In this document: one piece after another, positions 33,784-44,659 of the stretch
Numbering within the stretch: the stretch's first letter is position 1
Layout: each line of letters opens with the position of its first letter
Assembly (NCBI RefSeq): GCF_016903815.1
Contig: NZ_CP069973.1
Length of the DNA stretch: 64,000 nt
Direction: 5' to 3' (one strand)
Origin: Escherichia coli
Lineage (GTDB): Bacteria > Pseudomonadota > Gammaproteobacteria > Enterobacterales > Enterobacteriaceae
Translations under genes and position numbers: made by a program
Notes under the pieces: model-generated
What the model saw: the letters and a program-made list of their open reading frames with translations, nothing else
Told to the model about the DNA's origin: nothing
Databases searched by the model: none

Positions 33784-35253
33784 ATGCATATCGATTCGAC
33801 TGAAAAAAATAATAAACAAAAGTTGGGCTTGCTTGCGCTAACATCCATTGTCGTGAGCTCGATGATCGGCAGCGGCGTTGACGGACTCCCCCAGAATATG
33901 GCGGAGAATTCTGCCGTGGGCCCGGTGGCGATAGCATGGATAGTCTGTGGTATCGGCATGTTTTTCATCTCCAGAACTTTTATCGTGCTGTCAAACATTA
34001 GACCTGATCTCCAGTCAGGAGTTTATATGTATGCCCGGGAAGGGTTCGGCCGATTTACGGCATTTAACGTCGCCTGGGGCTACTGGCTGATGACTATATT
34101 CAGCAACGTCGCCTTTGCCATTATGGTGATGGATACGCTGAATTATTTCTTACCAGGTGATTTCAAGGGAGGGAACAATATTCCTTCCGTTATCGGTGCC
34201 TCTTTGCTGATATGGGGATTCAACTTTTTAGTCCTCTCCGGTACCCGCATTGCCGGGTCGATTAACATCGTCGGCACGCTGGCCAAACTGATCCCGCTGG
34301 TGGCCTTTATTATTATTCTCATGCTGTTTATGAAGTACACCACGTTCGCAGATAACGTCTGGGGGCACAGCGCGAGTAAGGCCAGTCAGGACCTAGGCTC
34401 TATTTTCTCACAGGTAACTTCACCGCTTAGCGTGGCACTCTGGAGCTTCATCGGCGTTGAGGGGGCTGTCGCTCTTTCCGGTCGGGCCAAAAATAAACGC
34501 GACGTGGGTAAAGCCACATTCATTGGCTTCGTTGTATCACTGATTATCTGTCTGCTGGTCTCCATCCTGCCGTTTGGCGTGCTGACTCAACATGAGCTCA
34601 GCGCAATTCCAACCCCATCCACCGCCGGTATTCTGAAGATTGTTGTCGGTGAATGGGGGAAGATTATGATTATCTTGGGGGTGCTGATTTCGGTGCTTAC
34701 CAGCTGGCTGGCGTGGACCATCATCTGCGCCGAACTGCCTATGGTGGCCGCGCAGAACGGCACATTCCCGAAACCGTTCAGCAAAAAAAATGTGAAGGGT
34801 TCGGCCTCGGTTTCGCTTTATATAAGCAGTGCGTTTATGCAAATCGTCGTACTTCTGGTCTACTTTTCTAACGATGCCTGGCTTGCAATGCTGGCTATCT
34901 CTACCCTGACCGTTTTACCTGCGTATTTAATGACCACGGCATACCTGTTTAAACTATGTATTAGCGGCGAGTATGCCAGCTATACCACGAATCACAGCCG
35001 CAGCGCCGCGCTGGTCAGCAGTATTATCGGCTTTGTATTCTGCCTGTTTATGTTCTACGCCAGTGAAATCAAATATCTGGCGATGGTTCCGGTGCTGCTT
35101 ACGCTGGGCGTGCCCCTGTTTATCTGGGCAAGAAAAAAAGACGATCGCGCAGATAAAATATTTACGCTACGCGAACTGGCATTTTTTATTTTACTGCTGG
35201 TCCTCGACATCATTGTTTTTATTCTACTGCATTATAAAACGATACATTTTTAG
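33784..35253 (+). CDS. APC-superfamily amino acid/polyamine antiporter (CadB/PotE/AdiC-like), copy 1
   Basis: 489 aa, about 12 TM segments; N-terminal SMIGSGV-type motif. Confidence 0.8.
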   Translation: MHIDSTEKNNKQKLGLLALTSIVVSSMIGSGVDGLPQNMAENSAVGPVAIAWIVCGIGMFFISRTFIVLSNIRPDLQSGVYMYAREGFGRFTAFNVAWGYWLMTIFSNVAFAIMVMDTLNYFLPGDFKGGNNIPSVIGASLLIWGFNFLVLSGTRIAGSINIVGTLAKLIPLVAFIIILMLFMKYTTFADNVWGHSASKASQDLGSIFSQVTSPLSVALWSFIGVEGAVALSGRAKNKRDVGKATFIGFVVSLIICLLVSILPFGVLTQHELSAIPTPSTAGILKIVVGEWGKIMIILGVLISVLTSWLAWTIICAELPMVAAQNGTFPKPFSKKNVKGSASVSLYISSAFMQIVVLLVYFSNDAWLAMLAISTLTVLPAYLMTTAYLFKLCISGEYASYTTNHSRSAALVSSIIGFVFCLFMFYASEIKYLAMVPVLLTLGVPLFIWARKKDDRADKIFTLRELAFFILLLVLDIIVFILLHYKTIHF

Positions 35254-35357
35254 TCCAGATTAATTCACAGCAAGTTAAGGTGACGATAATGTCTGTTTCT
35301 TGGGCATGACATCCTCACAGTTAAATACTATCTGAACAGTAACAGTGGAGACACCTA

Positions 35358-37727
35358 ATGAAATTTAACCACAATCTTTTATTTATTTCCTCACAATATC
35401 TTGATGGCGACAACCCTTCGCAGCAGGTACTGGAAGAGCTTCAAACCGAACTCGCGGAACGCGGTTTTAAAATTCATATCACGCACCAGATCTCTGATGG
35501 ATTAAAAATCATCGAAAAAAGCCCCCAATACAGCGGGATTGGTTTTTACTGGGAGCCAGACAATCCGACCTTTGCAGAAGAGCTACAGCACTTTATCAGC
35601 ATATTCCGCAAAAGAAATGCCACGACGCCGCTGATAATTTTCTCAGAACAGAATATTACCGATCGTATCCCACTCGACGTCTTAAAAGAGGTCAGCGAAT
35701 ATGTTTATCTGTTCTCTGAATCCGCAGCCTTCACTGCCAATCGACTGTACTCCTTAGTCCACCGCTATGCGGATAAGCTTCTTCCTCCCTACTTTAAAAC
35801 CCTTAAGGACTTTACCGAGGACGGTGACTATTACTGGGACTGCCCGGGGCATATGGGGGGAATGGCCTATCTGAAACATCCTGTTGGCATTGAGTTCATT
35901 AACTTCTTTGGCGAAAACATGATGCGCGCTGATATTGGCGTGGCTACCGCGGAGATGGGGGATTATCTGATCCACGCCGGACCGCCTAAAAAATCGGAAG
36001 AAATTGCGGCCCGACTGTTTGGCTCTGATTGGACCTTCTACGGTGTTTCCGGCTCATCGGGGTCGAACCGTATTGTGGCCCAGGCTGCGGTTGGCGCAGA
36101 TGAAATTGCCATTATTGACCGAAATTGCCACAAGTCACTTAATCATGGCCTGACCTTGTCTCAGGCAAGGCCGGTTTACCTGAAACCTACCCGCAACGCG
36201 TGGGGGCTGATTGGGCCTATCCCGACCGGACGCCTGAAGAAGGCCAGTATTGATGCGCTGGTGGCAAACAGCCGACTGGCATCTGGTGCGGTCAGCCAGT
36301 CCCCGTCCTACGCCGTGGTAACCAACTGCACCTATGATGGCTTCTGTTATAACGTGAACGATGTAGTCAGACACCTGGGTGAAAGCGCACCGCGCATCCA
36401 TTTTGATGAAGCATGGTATGCCTATGCGCGTTTCCATCCGCTATACCAGAGTCGCTATGCAATGGACGCGGAGGAAACGCCAAATCGTCCAACCCTATTC
36501 GCCGTACAGTCCACCCATAAAATGCTGCCCTCACTCTCCATGGCCTCAATGATTCATGTGAAGAAAAGCGATCGCGCGCCGCTTAATTTCGATGACTTTA
36601 ACGATGCCTTTATGATGCACGGCACGACCTCACCCTACTACCCGATCATTGCATCAATTGATGTGGCAGTAAGCATGATGGAGGGTGAATCCGGTTATTC
36701 GCTTGTGCAGGAGTCAATTGAAGAAGCGATTGCCTTCCGTAAAGCCGTGGTCAGCGTCAAGCGCCAGCTCCAGGAGCAGGAAGGTGGTGACGCCTGGTTC
36801 TTCGATGTGCTTCAGCCAACCGAAGTGCAGGACAGCGATTCTGGGCAGCGATACAGTTTTGAAGAGGCACCCGTATCGCTGCTGAGCCACAGCGCCGACT
36901 GCTGGTCGCTGCGCTCCGGTGAGCGCTGGCACGGTTTTGCCGATGATGATCTGGTCGAAACCAACAGTATGCTCGATCCAGTAAAAGTGACCCTGACTTG
37001 TCCAGGGATCGGCCCGAAGGGAGAATACCAGAAAAACGGTATTCCGGGATATTTGCTGACCCGTTTTCTCGATGACCGTCGCATTGAAATTGCCCGTACT
37101 GGTGACTACACCGTGCTGATCCTGTTCTCCGTCGGCATCACCAAAGGCAAATGGGGAACTCTGATTGAAAGCCTGCTGGCCTTTAAAAAGCATTACGACA
37201 ATGACGATCTGGCCACAGATGCTATCCCGTCGCTGAAAGCGCATTCTCCACACTACGACACGCTAACCCTCAAGGAGCTATGTCAGATAATGCATGAAAA
37301 AATGGATGAGCTGGAGCTGATGTCGCATATCAACGACGCGGTAAACACCGATCCGGAACCAGTTATGACCCCGGCAGAAGCCTATCAGAAAGTCGTACGC
37401 TACAAAACCGAGCATATCCGGCTGGATGATTTTAGCGGCAGAATTGCCGCCAGCATGCTCGTCCCATATCCCCCAGGCATTCCTGTACTGATGCCGGGCG
37501 AACGGATGCCGCAAGGTAACAAGGGCATTATTGGCTATCTGCGCGCCCTGCAGGAATTCGATAAGCAATTCCCAGGTTTTGAACATGAGATCCAGGGCGT
37601 TAACGTCGATGAAGACGGGGACTTCTGGGTCAGAGCGATTGTGGAAGAAGAACGCGATGGGCAGTCGCTACCCGGCCACATAACCTTTAAACGCCAGGTC
37701 TCTGGTATTAAAAAGGGCCGCCAGTAG
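35358..37727 (+). CDS. Orn/Lys/Arg decarboxylase family protein (fold-I PLP, wing domain), substrate unknown
   Basis: 789 aa; PLP-lysine motif QSTHKMLP; N-terminal wing domain; overall similarity to AdiA/SpeF/CadA. Confidence 0.85.
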   Translation: MKFNHNLLFISSQYLDGDNPSQQVLEELQTELAERGFKIHITHQISDGLKIIEKSPQYSGIGFYWEPDNPTFAEELQHFISIFRKRNATTPLIIFSEQNITDRIPLDVLKEVSEYVYLFSESAAFTANRLYSLVHRYADKLLPPYFKTLKDFTEDGDYYWDCPGHMGGMAYLKHPVGIEFINFFGENMMRADIGVATAEMGDYLIHAGPPKKSEEIAARLFGSDWTFYGVSGSSGSNRIVAQAAVGADEIAIIDRNCHKSLNHGLTLSQARPVYLKPTRNAWGLIGPIPTGRLKKASIDALVANSRLASGAVSQSPSYAVVTNCTYDGFCYNVNDVVRHLGESAPRIHFDEAWYAYARFHPLYQSRYAMDAEETPNRPTLFAVQSTHKMLPSLSMASMIHVKKSDRAPLNFDDFNDAFMMHGTTSPYYPIIASIDVAVSMMEGESGYSLVQESIEEAIAFRKAVVSVKRQLQEQEGGDAWFFDVLQPTEVQDSDSGQRYSFEEAPVSLLSHSADCWSLRSGERWHGFADDDLVETNSMLDPVKVTLTCPGIGPKGEYQKNGIPGYLLTRFLDDRRIEIARTGDYTVLILFSVGITKGKWGTLIESLLAFKKHYDNDDLATDAIPSLKAHSPHYDTLTLKELCQIMHEKMDELELMSHINDAVNTDPEPVMTPAEAYQKVVRYKTEHIRLDDFSGRIAASMLVPYPPGIPVLMPGERMPQGNKGIIGYLRALQEFDKQFPGFEHEIQGVNVDEDGDFWVRAIVEEERDGQSLPGHITFKRQVSGIKKGRQ

Positions 37728-37801
37728 GCGGGGGAAAGAACAATACCGTCGGATCGCCTGCAATCCGACGGCAATATTATAGAATAGCTGAGGGAAACGT
37801 T

Positions 37802-39301
37802 ATGGCAGAGCAATCTTCAGATGTAAAAAATAGTGACAATAGCGCCGGAGGACATAAGCTGGGGCTTATATCCCTCATCGCTATTGTCGTTAGCTCCATG
37901 CTGGGAGGCGGCGTTTTCAGTCTGCCGCAAAACACGGCGGCCTCTTCTGCACTAGGGCCAGTAATCATTGCATGGATTATTGCCGGGATCGGTATTTATT
38001 TTATCGCAAACTCCTTTCGCGTACTATCAGATCTGCGCCCGGACCTTCAGGCTGGAGTGTATATGTATGCCCAGGAAGGTTTTGGTTCCTTTATTGGCTT
38101 TAACGTCGCCTGGGGCTACTGGCTGATGACCGCATTTGGCAACGTTGCCTTTGCGGTAATTTTAATGGATGCTTTTAATCAGTTTATGCCGGGGGTTTTT
38201 ACGGATGGTAATAATCTGAACTCCATTATCTGCGGCTCAGTGCTGATCTGGGGCTATAATTTTCTTGTTCTGTCCGGGACGAAAGTGGCCGGATTTGTTA
38301 ACACCTTGGGAACCATCGCCAAGCTCGTCCCTCTGATCCTATTCGTATTACTGCTGGGTGTGCTGATCGATTATTCGGACCTGTTTAAAAACTTTTGGGG
38401 AGAATCACCCGCGATCCTCAGTGGCAACGGAAATGACGCCGCACCAGTATCGCTGCTGTCTCAGATTCTGGCACCGATGACCGTAACGCTCTGGGCCTTT
38501 ATTGGCGTCGAGGGAGCGGTTGTTCTATCCGGACGTGCCAAAAATAAACAGGACGTAGGGAAAGCCACACTGATCGGCTTTCTGCTGGCGCTAATTATTT
38601 ATATGTTAATGTCCATTCTGCCGTTCGGTGTAATGCCTCAGGCAGAACTAGCGCAGGTCAGTAACCCCTCTACCGCAGGCGTGCTCGCCCACGTTGTCGG
38701 TCAGTGGGGCGACTGGCTGATGAGCGCGGGGCTGATTATTTCTGTTCTGGCCGGCTGGCTTGCCTGGACCATGCTATGCGCTGAAATACCGATGGTAGCA
38801 GGACAGAAAGGCGCTTTCCCGCGCGCGTTTGCCCGAACGAACAGTAAACAGGCGGCCAATGTGTCACTGTGGGTTAGTAGCTTTGTGATGCAGGCGGCCA
38901 TGTTACTTGTTTATTTTTCAAATAATGCTTGGACCACCATGTATAATATCAGTGCGCTGATGGTTGTTCCGGCCTATATTACCACCACGCTGTATCTGAC
39001 CAGTATTTGCAGAAACGGAAAATATGATCAGTATGCAAAAAAAGGCCGCAGGCTGGCTTTGTCCAGCGGTGTTTTAGGCTCGCTATTCTGTCTGTTTATT
39101 CTTTACGCCAGCCAGATTGAGTATGTTGCATTAATTCCTATCCTGTTGACCTGTGGTCTGCCGGTCTTTATCTGGTCAAGAAAAGAAAAAAATGATGGTC
39201 AGCCGATATTTACCAAAAAAGAGCTGATTTATCTGATTATGCTGTTGCTGTGCGATATTATCGTCGTTGCCCTGTTTATTGGTGGATATTTAAAGGTATA
39301 A
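37802..39301 (+). CDS. APC-superfamily amino acid/polyamine antiporter, copy 2 (paralog of 33784-35253)
   Basis: 499 aa; collinear with copy 1 (e.g. RPDLQAGVYMYAQEGFG vs RPDLQSGVYMYAREGFG). Confidence 0.8.
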   Translation: MAEQSSDVKNSDNSAGGHKLGLISLIAIVVSSMLGGGVFSLPQNTAASSALGPVIIAWIIAGIGIYFIANSFRVLSDLRPDLQAGVYMYAQEGFGSFIGFNVAWGYWLMTAFGNVAFAVILMDAFNQFMPGVFTDGNNLNSIICGSVLIWGYNFLVLSGTKVAGFVNTLGTIAKLVPLILFVLLLGVLIDYSDLFKNFWGESPAILSGNGNDAAPVSLLSQILAPMTVTLWAFIGVEGAVVLSGRAKNKQDVGKATLIGFLLALIIYMLMSILPFGVMPQAELAQVSNPSTAGVLAHVVGQWGDWLMSAGLIISVLAGWLAWTMLCAEIPMVAGQKGAFPRAFARTNSKQAANVSLWVSSFVMQAAMLLVYFSNNAWTTMYNISALMVVPAYITTTLYLTSICRNGKYDQYAKKGRRLALSSGVLGSLFCLFILYASQIEYVALIPILLTCGLPVFIWSRKEKNDGQPIFTKKELIYLIMLLLCDIIVVALFIGGYLKV

Positions 39302-39443
39302 GTCCGAGTTAAATCTTTACTGGGCTAGTAATGCCGCCTTTTAAACAAGAAGGGCGGCAATCTTACTGAAATTAGTATGCTGCAAATCGGTAATGCTGCC
39401 AACTTACTGATTTAGTGTATGATGGTGATTTTAAGGTGCTTGC

Positions 39444-39719
39444 GTGGCTTCCATTTCCATCAGATGTCCTTCCTGCTCCGCTACTGAAGGCGTGGTGCGT
39501 AACGGCAAAAGCACTGCCGGACATCAGCGCTATCTCTGCTCTCACTGCCGTAAAACATGGCAACTGCAGTTCACTTACACCGCTTCTCAACCCGGTACGC
39601 ACCAGAAAATCATTGATATGGCCATGAATGGCGTTGGATGCCGGGCAACTGCCCGCATTATGGGCGTTGGCCTCAACACGATTTTACGTCACTTAAAAAA
39701 CTCAGGCCGCAGTCGGTAA
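39444..39719 (+). CDS. insA: IS1 InsA
   Basis: [40 protein letters not shown]. Confidence 0.9.
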   Translation: MASISIRCPSCSATEGVVRNGKSTAGHQRYLCSHCRKTWQLQFTYTASQPGTHQKIIDMAMNGVGCRATARIMGVGLNTILRHLKNSGRSR

Positions 39720-40141
39720 CCTCGCGCATACAGCCGGGCAGTGACGTCATCGTCTGCGCGGAAATGGGCGAACAGTGGGGCTATGTCGGGGCTAAATCGC
39801 GCCAGCGCTGGCTGTTTTACGCGTATGACAGGCTCCGGAAGACGGTTGTTGCGCACGTATTCGGTGAACGCACGATGGCGACGCTGGGGCGTCTTATGAG
39901 CCTGCTGTCACCCTTTGACGTGGTGATATGGATGACGGATGGCTGGCCGCTGTATGAATCCCGCCTGAAGGGAAAGCTGCACGTAATCAGCAAGCGATAT
40001 ACGCAGCGAATTGAGCGGCATAACCTGAATCTGAGGCAGCACCTGGCACGGCTGGGACGGAAGTCGCTGTCGTTCTCAAAATCGGTGGAGCTGCATGACA
40101 AAGTCATCGGGCATTATCTGAACATAAAACACTATCAATAA
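39638..40141 (+). CDS. insB: IS1 InsB
   Basis: 167-aa ORF identical to the InsB of copy B. Confidence 0.9.
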   Translation: MPGNCPHYGRWPQHDFTSLKKLRPQSVTSRIQPGSDVIVCAEMGEQWGYVGAKSRQRWLFYAYDRLRKTVVAHVFGERTMATLGRLMSLLSPFDVVIWMTDGWPLYESRLKGKLHVISKRYTQRIERHNLNLRQHLARLGRKSLSFSKSVELHDKVIGHYLNIKHYQ

Positions 40142-40142
40142 G

Positions 40143-40949
40143 TTGGAGTCATTATCTAACCGTAGCGTTTATTACGCGCAGGTGACGCGTCCTGTTAATG
40201 TGCAAAGAATTGACTTACGAAGTCGGGTGAGGGCTTTCCATGCTCTCAGTCGTGGCGCAGCCGGTAGCCGTGCAATCAGTCAGATGTTGCGCCAGAGTAG
40301 CGTTGATGCAGGCCGGTGGCTGGCACGACGACTGATGCGGGAATGCGGGCTGACAAGTCGACAGATGGTTAAACATCACTACCGGGTCAACGAAGACAAA
40401 AGTCCGCCATTGCCAAATTTACTGAACCGGCAATTTCACCCCGCCGCACCAGACCGCGTCTGGTGCGGCGACATCAGTTTTATTCGCCTGCATGACAAAT
40501 GGTGTTAGCTCGCGCTCGTTGTTGATTTATATTCACGGCGGATTACCGGTTCAGCCCTCTCATTAACCGCTGATGCTGAGTTGGTGTGTAGGGCTTTGCG
40601 TAATGCACTGGAAACACGATCACGTGATGGCCGTCTGCTGTTTCATTCAGATCAAGGTGTTCAGTATAAAAGCAATAAATACAGAAAGTTACTCTGGCGT
40701 TATGGGGTAATGCAAAGTATGAGTTGCAGAGGGAATGGCCTGGATAATTCGCCGATGGAAAGAGTCTTTCGCAGCCTTAAAAATGAATGGCTTCCGAAAG
40801 GTGGTTATGGTGATTTTATCCATGCGGTACGTGATATAAACCAGTGGATTAATGGTTATTACAACGTTTATCGACCTCACACGAACAACGATGGTTTACC
40901 GCCTTGCTTACATGAAGAAAAGTGGAAACAGGTTATTCCGGTGTCCTGA
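40143..40949 (+). pseudogene. IS3-family transposase remnants (two ORF fragments)
   Basis: Fragments ...RVWCGDISFIRL and ...[20 protein letters not shown]...YNVYRPH in different frames. Confidence 0.5.
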
Positions 40950-41151
40950 TTTTGTGAACCACTACAATAATCCTTTTTCACAGACTTGTCAGCAGCCAGC
41001 ATTTATGTTCTTTTACCTGCGGGAATTTATCCGTCTGCCTGTCGGGACTACTCTGTCATACAGAAATCAGGTAGGAATAAATTGTAGTGGAAAGTCGATG
41101 TTTACCGGATGACTGATGCGCGCTTGTACACAGACAGTGTGTTTCAGTAAT

Positions 41152-41667
41152 ATGGAGAATAATGAAATGAATAACACAGACACATTAGAAAAAATAATCA
41201 GACACCAAAAAAACAAAGACCCCGCATATCCCTTTCGGGAACATTTGTTGATGCAGCTCTGTATTCGCACAAATAAAAGAATGCAGGATAATATATCTGA
41301 ATTTCTGGGGGCGTATGGAATAAATCACTCAGCATATATGGTTCTCACCACATTATTCGCAGCGGAGAACCATTGTCTGTCACCTTCAGAGATAAGCCAG
41401 AAACTTCAGTTTACCAGAACTAATATTACCCGCATTACAGATTTTTTAGAAAAAGCCGGATATGTAAAAAGGACGGATAGCAGGGAGGATCGCCGTGCTA
41501 AAAAAATCAGTCTGACATCTGAAGGTATGTTTTTTATTCAGAGGCTCACTCTTGCACAAAGCATGTATCTGAAAGAAATCTGGGATTATCTGACTCATGA
41601 TGAACAGGAACTGTTTGAAGTCATTAATAAAAAATTACTGGCACATTTTTCTGATGCCAGCTCATAA
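41152..41667 (+). CDS. MarR-family transcriptional regulator (PapX/SfaX/FocX-like)
   Basis: Winged-helix MarR pattern; start taken at MENNEMNNTDT; resembles fimbrial-operon-associated regulators from memory. Confidence 0.55.
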   Translation: MENNEMNNTDTLEKIIRHQKNKDPAYPFREHLLMQLCIRTNKRMQDNISEFLGAYGINHSAYMVLTTLFAAENHCLSPSEISQKLQFTRTNITRITDFLEKAGYVKRTDSREDRRAKKISLTSEGMFFIQRLTLAQSMYLKEIWDYLTHDEQELFEVINKKLLAHFSDASS

Positions 41668-42133
41668 AGTGCGAAATATCTGAGGATGCTGGATAGCTTC
41701 AGGCAAGAGAATAATGATTCTTGCAGATGTGTTTTTCCGGATACAAAAACAAAAGTAAAAAATTGCAGCGCCAGGCCACCTTTCAAAGCAGGGAGGCTTG
41801 TACCGCGTCGAAAATTTCAGCCAGTTAATGTAATTGTCTGAACCAGGCACTTCGCCCGGGCAGGAGAAGGAGCGTGGTTGCGGTCATCCTGTATACTGAA
41901 GTCGTTATGAAGGAATAATACAAATAATTGCCCGTTTTCTCTGTACGATAGAGGCAGGTGTGTATGATTGCATCACTATGTTTTTGTGATATAAAAAACT
42001 AAATGGTGAGATATGCATTTTAAAATATAACAAAAATCACCATGAAATAAGAATAATTATCCACGGAGAACATAAACTGCAGACTGTTACAATGCATGCT
42101 GTTCATCTTGACAATGTCGGTAATGACTCCAAC

Positions 42134-42637
42134 TTATTGATAGTGTTTTATGTTCAGATAATGCCCGATGACTTTGTCATGCAGCTCCACCGATTTTGAG
42201 AACGACAGCGACTTCCGTCCCAGCCGTGCCAGGTGCTGCCTCAGATTCAGGTTATGCCGCTCAATTCGCTGCGTATATCGCTTGCTGATTACGTGCAGCT
42301 TTCCCTTCAGGCGGGATTCATACAGCGGCCAGCCATCCGTCATCCATATCACCACGTCAAAGGGTGACAGCAGGCTCATAAGACGCCCCAGCGTCGCCAT
42401 CGTGCGTTCACCGAATACGTGCGCAACAACCGTCTTCCGGAGCCTGTCATACGCGTAAAACAGCCAGCGCTGGCGCGATTTAGCCCCGACATAGCCCCAC
42501 TGTTCGCCCATTTCCGCGCAGACGATGACGTCACTGCCCGGCTGTATGCGCGAGGTTACCGACTGCGGCCTGAGTTTTTTAAGTGACGTAAAATCGTGTT
42601 GAGGCCAACGCCCATAATGCGGGCAGTTGCCCGGCAT
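42134..42637 (-). CDS. insB: IS1 InsB
   Basis: Identical translation to copy A InsB. Confidence 0.9.
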   Translation of the reverse strand: MPGNCPHYGRWPQHDFTSLKKLRPQSVTSRIQPGSDVIVCAEMGEQWGYVGAKSRQRWLFYAYDRLRKTVVAHVFGERTMATLGRLMSLLSPFDVVIWMTDGWPLYESRLKGKLHVISKRYTQRIERHNLNLRQHLARLGRKSLSFSKSVELHDKVIGHYLNIKHYQ

Positions 42638-42831
42638 CCAACGCCATTCATGGCCATATCAATGATTTTCTGGTGCGTACCGGGTTGAGAAGCGGTGTAA
42701 GTGAACTGCAGTTGCCATGTTTTACGGCAGTGAGAGCAGAGATAGCGCTGATGTCCGGCAGTGCTTTTGCCGTTACGCACCACGCCTTCAGTAGCTGAAC
42801 AGGAGGGACAGCTGATAGAAACAGAAGCCAC
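42556..42831 (-). CDS. insA: IS1 InsA
   Basis: Near-identical to copy A InsA. Confidence 0.9.
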   Translation of the reverse strand: MASVSISCPSCSATEGVVRNGKSTAGHQRYLCSHCRKTWQLQFTYTASQPGTHQKIIDMAMNGVGCRATARIMGVGLNTILRHLKNSGRSR

Positions 42832-43360
42832 TGGAGCACCTCAAAAACACCATCATACACTAAATCAGTAAGTTGGCAGCATCACCCAATCTGCTGACAG
42901 ACGAAGATAATGAACCCGTTATGGTTTTTAACGGAGAGAGGAATGTACTGGCAGACAGTCTGAAACCACAGCCTCTGATTCTTCCGGTCAAGGGAAAATA
43001 AGCGTAATGTTCATCACCAGATTATGTACGATGAGTTTTCCACTGTTTATAGCAATTATCTTGCTAATAACCAGACAGGAGTAACCAGACCAACCGAAAA
43101 CACCGGGAAGGTGATTACCCGCTGGCAGAGGAAATCCGGTTTTTTTTGATGTCAGCCATAACGTGTTTGACAATAAAGCATCATGAAAGGGTGTTAATGA
43201 GTCCATGGGATAATTCATAAAAATAATTTACTGTGTTATCCTTTTCAAAAGAAATATTCAGAAGATAACCCCTGGCTGACAACCAGGGGAAGGGGGCATT
43301 AACAGTGTTATTATTGGTGAATAAATTATTACTTGTGTGCAGGATACACTAATGCAATAT

Positions 43361-44434
43361 CTACTGATACTGTATGCCAGTATGTTTCATGCCTGCCGCT
43401 GAAAACGGCAATATCCAGGGCCAGACATATTCACCATTCATATTTCTGCATTTCTGTACAATTTTCTCAGAAAGCGTCTCATCAATTCTTTCACGCAACT
43501 TCTCCTGCTGTCTTAAAATACTTTCGCATATTTCGAAATCATCTTCCTGCATCAGCATTTCGGCGCATTTAATGATTTCTGCCCGTTCATGCAGCACAGA
43601 GGAATGATTATAGAGCCAGTTTACAAACAGCAATGCTTCCGGATATTGCCCCCATAACGGGTGGTATGTGGCATAATAATCTTCGGCAGTATCCGGACCG
43701 CCTGAAAAGTTATGCCATACAGCAAGTGGAAATGGATGCAGATTTCCGCACAGTATTTCTGCGATGTAAGTATTTGCCGCAAAGCCGCGACGAAATGCAG
43801 TTGCAGCTTTTACCAGTTCCCCATTAAGAAAATGCAGAAGGCCGAGTTCATACCAGTAAGGTGAAAATTCATCTGCATGTTCCTGCAGTATATGGCGTGC
43901 CTGTTCATGAGCGCCAGTGCGTAACAGTTCCGGTCCCAGTAGCCAGCGTGCACCATGATTATCTTCGGGATTGTAATCCAGTATTTTTTCAATGAGCATG
44001 ATGGCATCCTGATGACGCCGTAAATGTGCATTTGCCAGGATTGCCGCATAGAGGGCACGAAGAAAAGGTCGGTTGTCAGGATGTATCCAGATGATTCTGC
44101 CACTGAAACCTTCAGGGATAAGACGATTGCCAACTGCCAGCCCTTTAAGGGCAGCATTCAGCGCCTTACGCGGGGCATTCTGCTCCAGAAATACGTATGC
44201 CAAGTGAGCGTGTACATCAATAAAGTCATTCTCCTGTCGGGCAAGGCGCCTGAGTTTGTTGATGTAACTTGTTTCGCTGATTTCATCCGCATCGTATGCA
44301 TCAATCAGTTCTTCAAACTCATCCAGCAACGAGCCAAACCAGGTTTCCGGAAATATGAAACAGCCCTGGTTATCGTTCACTTCAAAGCGTAATTTGCCAG
44401 TCATATTCTGAACCTGTAAAAAAGGATGGACCAT
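43361..44434 (-). CDS. Hypothetical protein, possibly TPR-like helical repeats
   Basis: 357-aa ORF between IS1 copy B and the integrase gene. Confidence 0.4.
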   Translation of the reverse strand: MVHPFLQVQNMTGKLRFEVNDNQGCFIFPETWFGSLLDEFEELIDAYDADEISETSYINKLRRLARQENDFIDVHAHLAYVFLEQNAPRKALNAALKGLAVGNRLIPEGFSGRIIWIHPDNRPFLRALYAAILANAHLRRHQDAIMLIEKILDYNPEDNHGARWLLGPELLRTGAHEQARHILQEHADEFSPYWYELGLLHFLNGELVKAATAFRRGFAANTYIAEILCGNLHPFPLAVWHNFSGGPDTAEDYYATYHPLWGQYPEALLFVNWLYNHSSVLHERAEIIKCAEMLMQEDDFEICESILRQQEKLRERIDETLSEKIVQKCRNMNGEYVWPWILPFSAAGMKHTGIQYQ

Positions 44435-44659
44435 AACCTGCAGGCTATAAAAATTGTGATGCCTGGCATCGGTGTCCTTTTATTGTCCGGGATTAACGTT
44501 GCCCATGATAATACAGTGAATTCTGTTCTGTGGTAAGACGTTGAGTTATTGAATGAGAACCTCAGCCTGGCTGATGGTTCCGCCGGCATAAAAAAGAAAT
44601 TGATTGAGGCGGGTGCTCTTCCCCTTAAGAGGAAGAGCATGTGTGTAAATGGCGTTCAG

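Larger units (their letters stand above)
39389..40156 (+). mobile_element. IS1 insertion sequence (768 bp), copy A
   Basis: Ends GGTAATGCTGCCAACTTACTGAT ... AAGTTGGAGTCATTATC; InsA and InsB ORFs. Confidence 0.9.
42119..42886 (-). mobile_element. IS1 insertion sequence (768 bp), copy B, inverted relative to copy A
   Basis: Ends GGTAATGACTCCAACTTATTGATAG ... and ...GTAAGTTGGCAGCATCACC. Confidence 0.9.

Noticed and set aside
33784-39301. Identification of the decarboxylase/antiporter genes as the cadBA operon expected near pheU
   Set aside because: Gene order (antiporter-decarboxylase-antiporter), strand and protein sequences differ from cadB-cadA; cadC is absent.
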